Positions 1 to 11,200 of a stretch of DNA of 64,000 nucleotides are shown in pieces. Source of the DNA: Eledone cirrhosa (Eukaryota); assembly GCA_964016885.1 (NCBI GenBank), contig CAXHJY010001175.1:48086-112085 (forward strand), given 5' to 3'. The notes beneath the pieces are model-generated. The model was not told where the DNA came from. It made no database searches and saw only the letters and a list, made by a program, of their open reading frames with translations. The stretch's first letter is position 1; every line of letters begins with the position of its first letter. The translations under genes and the position numbers were made by a program.

Positions 1-65
1 ACTCCGCCGGCAAATCGTCATTTTTGGATTCGTTTTCTTCGAAGCACACCATTCGCCGGCGGACT
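1..65. other. Imperfect inverted repeat (potential hairpin or cruciform) present in every monomer
   Basis: ACTCCGCCGGCAAAT (1-15) and ATTCGCCGGCGGACT (51-65) are reverse complementary at 13 of 15 positions. The perfect 9-bp core is TCCGCCGGC (3-11) / GCCGGCGGA (55-63), with a 35-nt spacer between the arms. Confidence 0.85.
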
Positions 66-147
66 TTGTTGACGTTTAACACGGTTTGGTTCCACAGCCA
101 CAACTATTGAATTTACGGAGATATCTTGCTGAAATTCACGCCACACA

Positions 148-158
148 TAGCCAATGAG
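148..158 (+). promoter_or_regulatory. CCAAT-box (NF-Y-type) motif in nearly every monomer; function unproven
   Basis: TAGCCAATGAG fits the extended NF-Y consensus YRRCCAATSRG. A GGGCGG GC-box core lies at 200-205. Motif match only. Confidence 0.25.
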
Positions 159-557
159 TGTCTGCACATGTACCAGTAATTACAGATCGATCCGACCACG
201 GGCGGCCGGCCCGCGATTGAAAAGGTAACTCCGCCGGCAAATCGTCATTTTTGGATTCGTTTTCTTCGAAGCACACCATTCGCCGGCGGACTTTGTTGAC
301 GTTTAACACGGTTTGGTTCCACAGCCACAACTATTGATTTTATGGAGATATCTTGCTGAAATTCACGCCGCACATAGCCAATGAGTGTCTGCACATGTAC
401 CAGTAATTACAGATCGATCCGACCACGGGCGGCCGGTCCGCGATTGAAAAGGTAACTCCGCCGGCAAATCGTCATTTTTGGATTCGTTTTCTTCGAAGCA
501 CACCATTCGCCGGCGGACTTTGTTGACGTTTAACACGGTTTGGTTCCACAGCCACAA

Positions 558-1465
558 CTATTGAATTCACGGAGATATCTTGCTGAAATTCACGCCACAC
601 ATAGCCAATGAGTGTCTGCACATGTACCAGTAATTACAGATCGATCCGACCACGGGCGGCCGGCCCGCGATTGAAAAGGTAACTCCGCCGGCAAATCGTC
701 ATTTTTGGATTCGTTTTCTTCGAAGCACACCATTCGCCGGCGGACTTTGTTGACGTTTAACACGGTTTGGTTCCACAGCCACAACTATTGATTTTACGGA
801 GATATCTTGCTGAAATTCACGCCGCACATAGCCAATGAGTGTCTGCACATGTACCAGTAATTACAGATCGATCTGACCACGGGCGGCCGGCCCGCGATTG
901 AAAAGGTAACTCCGCCGGCAAATCGTCATTTTTGGATTCGTTTTCTTCGAAGCACACCATTCGCCGGCGGACTTTGTTGACGTTTAACACGGTTTGGTTC
1001 CACAGCCACAACTATTGATTTTACGGAGATATCTTGCTGAAATTCACGCCGCACATAGCCAATGAGTGTCTGCACATGTACCAGTAATTACAGATCTATC
1101 CGACCACGGGCGGCCGGCCCGCGATTGAAAAGGTAACTCCGCCGGCAAATCGTCATTTTTGGATTCGTTTTCTTCGAAGCACACCATTCGCCGGCGGACT
1201 TTGTTGACGTTTAACACGGTTTGGTTCCACAGCCACAACTATTGATTTTACGGAGATATCTTGCTGAAATTCACGCCGCACATAGCCAATGAGTGTCTGC
1301 ACATGTACCAGTAATTACAGATCGATCCGACCACGGGCGGCCGGTCCGCGATTGAAAAGGTAACTCCGCCGGCAAATCGTCATTTTTGGATTCGTTTTCT
1401 TCGAAGCACACCATTCGCCGGCGGACTTTGTTGACGTTTAACACGGTTTGGTTCCACAGCCACAA
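558..1465. repeat. 4-monomer (908 bp) higher-order repeat motif, example copy
   Basis: Ordered variants [111A+114C (GAATTC)+143A], [193T GATCTGA], [189T GATCTAT], [210T GGTCC]. The same order recurs starting at 2147, 3963, 5779, 8730, 13951, 17810, 20307 and 27344. Confidence 0.85.
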
Positions 1466-4400
1466 CTATTGAATTCACGGAGATATCTTGCTGAAATTCA
1501 CGCCACACATAGCCAATGAGTGTCTGCACATGTACCAGTAATTACAGATCGATCCGACCACGGGCGGCCGGCCCGCGATTGAAAAGGTAACTCCGCCGGC
1601 AAATCGTCATTTTTGGATTCGTTTTCTTCGAAGCACACCATTCGCCGGCGGACTTTGTTGACGTTTAACACGGTTTGGTTCCACAGCCACAACTATTGAT
1701 TTTACGGAGATATCTTGCTGAAATTCACGCCGCACATAGCCAATGAGTGTCTGCACATGTACCAGTAATTACAGATCGATCCGACCACGGGCGGCCGGCC
1801 CGCGATTGAAAAGGTAACTCCGCCGGCAAATCGTCATTTTTGGATTCGTTTTCTTCGAAGCACACCATTCGCCGGCGGACTTTGTTGACGTTTAACACGG
1901 TTTGGTTCCACAGCCACAACTATTGATTTTATGGAGATATCTTGCTGAAATTCACGCCGCACATAGCCAATGAGTGTCTGCACATGTACCAGTAATTACA
2001 GATCGATCCGACCACGGGCGGTCGGTCCGCGATTGAAAAGGTAACTCCGCCGGCAAATCGTCATTTTTGGATTCGTTTTCTTCGAAGCACACCATTCGCC
2101 GGCGGACTTTGTTGACGTTTAACACGGTTTGGTTCCACAGCCACAACTATTGAATTCACGGAGATATCTTGCTGAAATTCACGCCACACATAGCCAATGA
2201 GTGTCTGCACATGTACCAGTAATTACAGATCGATCCGACCACGGGCGGCCGGCCCGCGATTGAAAAGGTAACTCCGCCGGCAAATCGTCATTTTTGGATT
2301 CGTTTTCTTCGAAGCACACCATTCGCCGGCGGACTTTGTTGACGTTTAACACGGTTTGGTTCCACAGCCACAACTATTGATTTTACGGAGATATCTTGCT
2401 GAAATTCACGCCGCACATAGCCAATGAGTGTCTGCACATGTACCAGTAATTACAGATCGATCTGACCACGGGCGGCCGGCCCGCGATTGAAAAGGTAACT
2501 CCGCCGGCAAATCGTCATTTTTGGATTCGTTTTCTTCGAAGCACACCATTCGCCGGCGGACTTTGTTGACGTTTAACACGGTTTGGTTCCACAGCCACAA
2601 CTATTGATTTTACGGAGATATCTTGCTGAAATTCACGCCGCACATAGCCAATGAGTGTCTGCACATGTACCAGTAATTACAGATCTATCCGACCACGGGC
2701 GGCCGGCCCGCGATTGAAAAGGTAACTCCGCCGGCAAATCGTCATTTTTGGATTCGTTTTCTTCGAAGCACACCATTCGCCGGCGGACTTTGTTGACGTT
2801 TAACACGGTTTGGTTCCACAGCCACAACTATTGATTTTACGGAGATATCTTGCTGAAATTCACGCCGCACATAGCCAATGAGTGTCTGCACATGTACCAG
2901 TAATTACAGATCGATCCGACCACGGGCGGCCGGTCCGCGATTGAAAAGGTAACTCCGCCGGCAAATCGTCATTTTTGGATTCGTTTTCTTCGAAGCACAC
3001 CATTCGCCGGCGGACTTTGTTGACGTTTAACACGGTTTGGTTCCACAGCCACAACTATTGAATTCACGGAGATATCTTGCTGAAATTCACGCCACACATA
3101 GCCAATGAGTGTCTGCACATGTACCAGCAATTACAGATCGATCCGACCACGGGCGGCCGGCCCGCGATTGAAAAGGTAACTCCGCCGGCAAATCGTCATT
3201 TTTGGATTCGTTTTCTTCGAAGCACACCATTCGCCGGCGGACTTTGTTGACGTTTAACACGGTTTGGTTCCACAGCCACAACTATTGATTTTACGGAGAT
3301 ATCTTGCTGAAATTCACGCCGCACATAGCCAATGAGTGTCTGCACATGTACCAGTAATTACAGATCGATCCGACCACGGGCGGCCGGCCCGCGATTGAAA
3401 AGGTAACTCCGCCGGCAAATCGTCATTTTTGGATTCGTTTTCTTCGAAGCACACCATTCGCCGGCGGACTTTGTTGACGTTTAACACGGTTTGGTTCCAC
3501 AGCCACAACTATTGATTTTACGGAGATATCTTGCTGAAATTCACGCCGCACATAGCCAATGGGTGTCTGCACATGTACCAGTAATTACAGATCGATCCGA
3601 CCACGGGCGGCCGGCCCGCGATTGAAAAGGTAACTCCGCCGGCAAATCGTCATTTTTGGATTCGTTTTCTTCGAAGCACACCATTCGCCGGCGGACTTTG
3701 TTGACGTTTAACACGGTTTGGTTCCACAGCCACAACTATTGATTTTATGGAGATATCTTGCTGAAATTCACGCCGCACATAGCCAATGAGTGTCTGCACA
3801 TGTACCAGTAATTACAGATCGATCCGACCACGGGCGGCCGGTCCGCGATTGAAAAGGTAACTCCGCCGGCAAATCGTCATTTTTGGATTCGTTTTCTTCG
3901 AAGCACACCATTCGCCGGCGGACTTTGTTGACGTTTAACACGGTTTGGTTCCACAGCCACAACTATTGAATTCACGGAGATATCTTGCTGAAATTCACGC
4001 CACACATAGCCAATGAGTGTCTGCACATGTACCAGTAATTACAGATCGATCCGACCACGGGCGGCCGGCCCGCGATTGAAAAGGTAACTCCGCCGGCAAA
4101 TCGTCATTTTTGGATTCGTTTTCTTCGAAGCACACCATTCGCCGGCGGACTTTGTTGACGTTTAACACGGTTTGGTTCCACAGCCACAACTATTGATTTT
4201 ACGGAGATATCTTGCTGAAATTCACGCCGCACATAGCCAATGAGTGTCTGCACATGTACCAGTAATTACAGATCGATCTGACCACGGGCGGCCGGCCCGC
4301 GATTGAAAAGGTAACTCCGCCGGCAAATCGTCATTTTTGGATTCGTTTTCTTCGAAGCACACCATTCGCCGGCGGACTTTGTTGACGTTTAACACGGTTT

Positions 4401-7400
4401 GGTTCCACAGCCACAACTATTGATTTTACGGAGATATCTTGCTGAAATTCACGCCGCACATAGCCAATGAGTGTCTGCACATGTACCAGTAATTACAGAT
4501 CTATCCGACCACGGGCGGCCGGCCCGCGATTGAAAAGGTAACTCCGCCGGCAAATCGTCATTTTTGGATTCGTTTTCTTCGAAGCACACCATTCGCCGGC
4601 GGACTTTGTTGACGTTTAACACGGTTTGGTTCCACAGCCACAACTATTGATTTTACGGAGATATCTTGCTGAAATTCACGCCGCACATAGCCAATGAGTG
4701 TCTGCACATGTACCAGTAATTACAGATCGATCCGACCACGGGCGGCCGGTCCGCGATTGAAAAGGTAACTCCGCCGGCAAATCGTCATTTTTGGATTCGT
4801 TTTCTTCGAAGCACACCATTCGCCGGCGGACTTTGTTGACGTTTAACACGGTTTGGTTCCACAGCCACAACTATTGAATTCACGGAGATATCTTGCTGAA
4901 ATTCACGCCACACATAGCCAATGAGTGTCTGCACATGTACCAGTAATTACAGATCGATCCGACCACGGGCGGCCGGCCCGCGATTGAAAAGGTAACTCCG
5001 CCGGCAAATCGTCATTTTTGGATTCGTTTTCTTCGAAGCACACCATTCGCCGGCGGACTTTGTTGACGTTTAACACGGTTTGGTTCCACAGCCACAACTA
5101 TTGATTTTACGGAGATATCTTGCTGAAATTCACGCCGCACATAGCCAATGAGTGTCTGCACATGTACCAGTAATTACAGATCGATCCGACCACGGGCGGC
5201 CGGCCCGCGATTGAAAAGGTAACTCCGCCGGCAAATCGTCATTTTTGGATTCGTTTTCTTCGAAGCACACCATTCGCCGGCGGACTTTGTTGACGTTTAA
5301 CACGGTTTGGTTCCACAGCCACAACTATTGATTTTATGGAGATATCTTGCTGAAATTCACGCCGCACATAGCCAATGAGTGTCTGCACATGTACCAGTAA
5401 TTACAGATCGATCCGACCACGGGCGGTCGGTCCGCGATTGAAAAGGTAACTCCGCCGGCAAATCGTCATTTTTGGATTCGTTTTCTTCGAAGCACACCAT
5501 TCGCCGGCGGACTTTGTTGACGTTTAACACGGTTTGGTTCCACAGCCACAACTATTGAATTCACGGAGATATCTTGCTGAAATTCACGCCACACATAGCC
5601 AATGAGTGTCTGCACATGTACCAGTAATTACAGATCGATCCGACCACGGGCGGTCGGTCCGCGATTGAAAAGGTAACTCCGCCGGCAAATCGTCATTTTT
5701 GGATTCGTTTTCTTCGAAGCACACCATTCGCCGGCGGACTTTGTTGACGTTTAACACGGTTTGGTTCCACAGCCACAACTATTGAATTCACGGAGATATC
5801 TTGCTGAAATTCACGCCACACATAGCCAATGAGTGTCTGCACATGTACCAGTAATTACAGATCGATCCGACCACGGGCGGCCGGCCCGCGATTGAAAAGG
5901 TAACTCCGCCGGCAAATCGTCATTTTTGGATTCGTTTTCTTCGAAGCACACCATTCGCCGGCGGACTTTGTTGACGTTTAACACGGTTTGGTTCCACAGC
6001 CACAACTATTGATTTTACGGAGATATCTTGCTGAAATTCACGCCGCACATAGCCAATGAGTGTCTGCACATGTACCAGTAATTACAGATCGATCTGACCA
6101 CGGGCGGCCGGCCCGCGATTGAAAAGGTAACTCCGCCGGCAAATCGTCATTTTTGGATTCGTTTTCTTCGAAGCACACCATTCGCCGGCGGACTTTGTTG
6201 ACGTTTAACACGGTTTGGTTCCACAGCCACAACTATTGATTTTACGGAGATATCTTGCTGAAATTCACGCCGCACATAGCCAATGAGTGTCTGCACATGT
6301 ACCAGTAATTACAGATCTATCCGACCACGGGCGGCCGGCCCGCGATTGAAAAGGTAACTCCGCCGGCAAATCGTCATTTTTGGATTCGTTTTCTTCGAAG
6401 CACACCATTCGCCGGCGGACTTTGTTGACGTTTAACACGGTTTGGTTCCACAGCCACAACTATTGATTTTACGGAGATATCTTGCTGAAATTCACGCCGC
6501 ACATAGCCAATGAGTGTCTGCACATGTACCAGTAATTACAGATCGATCCGACCACGGGCGGCCGGTCCGCGATTGAAAAGGTAACTCCGCCGGCAAATCG
6601 TCATTTTTGGATTCGTTTTCTTCGAAGCACACCATTCGCCGGCGGACTTTGTTGACGTTTAACACGGTTTGGTTCCACAGCCACAACTATTGAATTCACG
6701 GAGATATCTTGCTGAAATTCACGCCACACATAGCCAATGAGTGTCTGCACATGTACCAGCAATTACAGATCGATCCGACCACGGGCGGCCGGCCCGCGAT
6801 TGAAAAGGTAACTCCGCCGGCAAATCGTCATTTTTGGATTCGTTTTCTTCGAAGCACACCATTCGCCGGCGGACTTTGTTGACGTTTAACACGGTTTGGT
6901 TCCACAGCCACAACTATTGATTTTACGGAGATATCTTGCTGAAATTCACGCCGCACATAGCCAATGAGTGTCTGCACATGTACCAGTAATTACAGATCGA
7001 TCCGACCACGGGCGGCCGGCCCGCGATTGAAAAGGTAACTCCGCCGGCAAATCGTCATTTTTGGATTCGTTTTCTTCGAAGCACACCATTCGCCGGCGGA
7101 CTTTGTTGACGTTTAACACGGTTTGGTTCCACAGCCACAACTATTGATTTTACGGAGATATCTTGCTGAAATTCACGCCGCACATAGCCAATGGGTGTCT
7201 GCACATGTACCAGTAATTACAGATCGATCCGACCACGGGCGGCCGGCCCGCGATTGAAAAGGTAACTCCGCCGGCAAATCGTCATTTTTGGATTCGTTTT
7301 CTTCGAAGCACACCATTCGCCGGCGGACTTTGTTGACGTTTAACACGGTTTGGTTCCACAGCCACAACTATTGATTTTATGGAGATATCTTGCTGAAATT

Positions 7401-8275
7401 CACGCCGCACATAGCCAATGAGTGTCTGCACATGTACCAGTAATTACAGATCGATCCGACCACGGGCGGCCGGTCCGCGATTGAAAAGGTAACTCCGCCG
7501 GCAAATCGTCATTTTTGGATTCGTTTTCTTCGAAGCACACCATTCGCCGGCGGACTTTGTTGACGTTTAACACGGTTTGGTTCCACAGCCACAACTATTG
7601 AATTCACGGAGATATCTTGCTGAAATTCACGCCACACATAGCCAATGAGTGTCTGCACATGTACCAGTAATTACAGATCGATCCGACCACGGGCGGCCGG
7701 CCCGCGATTGAAAAGGTAACTCCGCCGGCAAATCGTCATTTTTGGATTCGTTTTCTTCGAAGCACACCATTCGCCGGCGGACTTTGTTGACGTTTAACAC
7801 GGTTTGGTTCCACAGCCACAACTATTGATTTTACGGAGATATCTTGCTGAAATTCACGCCGCACATAGCCAATGAGTGTCTGCACATGTACCAGTAATTA
7901 CAGATCGATCTGACCACGGGCGGCCGGCCCGCGATTGAAAAGGTAACTCCGCCGGCAAATCGTCATTTTTGGATTCGTTTTCTTCGAAGCACACCATTCG
8001 CCGGCGGACTTTGTTGACGTTTAACACGGTTTGGTTCCACAGCCACAACTATTGATTTTACGGAGATATCTTGCTGAAATTCACGCCGCACATAGCCAAT
8101 GAGTGTCTGCACATGTACCAGTAATTACAGATCTATCCGACCACGGGCGGCCGGCCCGCGATTGAAAAGGTAACTCCGCCGGCAAATCGTCATTTTTGGA
8201 TTCGTTTTCTTCGAAGCACACCATTCGCCGGCGGACTTTGTTGACGTTTAACACGGTTTGGTTCCACAGCCACAA

Positions 8276-11200
8276 CTATTGATTTTACGGAGATATCTTG
8301 CTGAAATTCACGCCGCACATAGCCAATGAGTGTCTGCACATGTACCAGTAATTACAGATCGATCCGACCACGGGCGGCCGGCCCGCGATTGAAAAGGTAA
8401 CTCCGCCGGCAAATCGTCATTTTTGGATTCGTTTTCTTCGAAGCACACCATTCGCCGGCGGACTTTGTTGACGTTTAACACGGTTTGGTTCCACAGCCAC
8501 AACTATTGATTTTATGGAGATATCTTGCTGAAATTCACGCCGCACATAGCCAATGAGTGTCTGCACATGTACCAGTAATTACAGATCGATCCGACCACGG
8601 GCGGTCGGTCCGCGATTGAAAAGGTAACTCCGCCGGCAAATCGTCATTTTTGGATTCGTTTTCTTCGAAGCACACCATTCGCCGGCGGACTTTGTTGACG
8701 TTTAACACGGTTTGGTTCCACAGCCACAACTATTGAATTCACGGAGATATCTTGCTGAAATTCACGCCACACATAGCCAATGAGTGTCTGCACATGTACC
8801 AGTAATTACAGATCGATCCGACCACGGGCGGCCGGCCCGCGATTGAAAAGGTAACTCCGCCGGCAAATCGTCATTTTTGGATTCGTTTTCTTCGAAGCAC
8901 ACCATTCGCCGGCGGACTTTGTTGACGTTTAACACGGTTTGGTTCCACAGCCACAACTATTGATTTTACGGAGATATCTTGCTGAAATTCACGCCGCACA
9001 TAGCCAATGAGTGTCTGCACATGTACCAGTAATTACAGATCGATCTGACCACGGGCGGCCGGCCCGCGATTGAAAAGGTAACTCCGCCGGCAAATCGTCA
9101 TTTTTGGATTCGTTTTCTTCGAAGCACACCATTCGCCGGCGGACTTTGTTGACGTTTAACACGGTTTGGTTCCACAGCCACAACTATTGATTTTACGGAG
9201 ATATCTTGCTGAAATTCACGCCGCACATAGCCAATGAGTGTCTGCACATGTACCAGTAATTACAGATCTATCCGACCACGGGCGGCCGGCCCGCGATTGA
9301 AAAGGTAACTCCGCCGGCAAATCGTCATTTTTGGATTCGTTTTCTTCGAAGCACACCATTCGCCGGCGGACTTTGTTGACGTTTAACACGGTTTGGTTCC
9401 ACAGCCACAACTATTGATTTTACGGAGATATCTTGCTGAAATTCACGCCGCACATAGCCAATGAGTGTCTGCACATGTACCAGTAATTACAGATCGATCC
9501 GACCACGGGCGGCCGGTCCGCGATTGAAAAGGTAACTCCGCCGGCAAATCGTCATTTTTGGATTCGTTTTCTTCGAAGCACACCATTCGCCGGCGGACTT
9601 TGTTGACGTTTAACACGGTTTGGTTCCACAGCCACAACTATTGAATTCACGGAGATATCTTGCTGAAATTCACGCCACACATAGCCAATGAGTGTCTGCA
9701 CATGTACCAGCAATTACAGATCGATCCGACCACGGGCGGCCGGCCCGCGATTGAAAAGGTAACTCCGCCGGCAAATCGTCATTTTTGGATTCGTTTTCTT
9801 CGAAGCACACCATTCGCCGGCGGACTTTGTTGACGTTTAACACGGTTTGGTTCCACAGCCACAACTATTGATTTTACGGAGATATCTTGCTGAAATTCAC
9901 GCCGCACATAGCCAATGAGTGTCTGCACATGTACCAGTAATTACAGATCGATCCGACCACGGGCGGCCGGCCCGCGATTGAAAAGGTAACTCCGCCGGCA
10001 AATCGTCATTTTTGGATTCGTTTTCTTCGAAGCACACCATTCGCCGGCGGACTTTGTTGACGTTTAACACGGTTTGGTTCCACAGCCACAACTATTGATT
10101 TTACGGAGATATCTTGCTGAAATTCACGCCGCACATAGCCAATGGGTGTCTGCACATGTACCAGTAATTACAGATCGATCCGACCACGGGCGGCCGGCCC
10201 GCGATTGAAAAGGTAACTCCGCCGGCAAATCGTCATTTTTGGATTCGTTTTCTTCGAAGCACACCATTCGCCGGCGGACTTTGTTGACGTTTAACACGGT
10301 TTGGTTCCACAGCCACAACTATTGATTTTATGGAGATATCTTGCTGAAATTCACGCCGCACATAGCCAATGAGTGTCTGCACATGTACCAGTAATTACAG
10401 ATCGATCCGACCACGGGCGGCCGGTCCGCGATTGAAAAGGTAACTCCGCCGGCAAATCGTCATTTTTGGATTCGTTTTCTTCGAAGCACACCATTCGCCG
10501 GCGGACTTTGTTGACGTTTAACACGGTTTGGTTCCACAGCCACAACTATTGAATTCACGGAGATATCTTGCTGAAATTCACGCCACACATAGCCAATGAG
10601 TGTCTGCACATGTACCAGTAATTACAGATCGATCCGACCACGGGCGGCCGGCCCGCGATTGAAAAGGTAACTCCGCCGGCAAATCGTCATTTTTGGATTC
10701 GTTTTCTTCGAAGCACACCATTCGCCGGCGGACTTTGTTGACGTTTAACACGGTTTGGTTCCACAGCCACAACTATTGATTTTACGGAGATATCTTGCTG
10801 AAATTCACGCCGCACATAGCCAATGAGTGTCTGCACATGTACCAGTAATTACAGATCGATCTGACCACGGGCGGCCGGCCCGCGATTGAAAAGGTAACTC
10901 CGCCGGCAAATCGTCATTTTTGGATTCGTTTTCTTCGAAGCACACCATTCGCCGGCGGACTTTGTTGACGTTTAACACGGTTTGGTTCCACAGCCACAAC
11001 TATTGATTTTACGGAGATATCTTGCTGAAATTCACGCCGCACATAGCCAATGAGTGTCTGCACATGTACCAGTAATTACAGATCTATCCGACCACGGGCG
11101 GCCGGCCCGCGATTGAAAAGGTAACTCCGCCGGCAAATCGTCATTTTTGGATTCGTTTTCTTCGAAGCACACCATTCGCCGGCGGACTTTGTTGACGTTT

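Larger units (their letters stand above)
1..227. repeat. Representative 227-bp monomer (arbitrary phase)
   Basis: First full unit. Hand count gives C=60 and G=51 (about 49% GC) and 19 CpG. Variable positions seen across the array: 5, 54, 65, 81, 99, 111, 114, 116, 122, 137, 143, 154, 157, 164, 170, 177, 187, 189, 193, 202, 206, 210, 215, 219. Confidence 0.97.

Noticed and set aside
28-44. CENP-B-box-like motif on the minus strand (CTTCGAAGAAAACGAAT)
   Set aside because: It matches 7 of the 9 essential bases of TTCGNNNNANNCGGG and lacks the final GG, so it is not a canonical box.
155-163. TGAGTGTCT resembles part of the euglenid spliced leader as I recall it
   Set aside because: It is only a 9-nt match, without the following T-tract and donor, so likely chance.
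1-227. 5S rRNA or tRNA gene array
   Set aside because: The unit size is compatible, but neither strand shows 5S conserved motifs, a cloverleaf or a proper B-box (GGTTCRANNCC). TAGCCAATGAG is only a partial A-box.
1-227. Hammerhead-ribozyme satellite or viroid-like/retrozyme unit
   Set aside because: No CTGANGA core on either strand; CTGAAAT at 129-135 does not fit. Other ribozyme classes would need an Infernal search.
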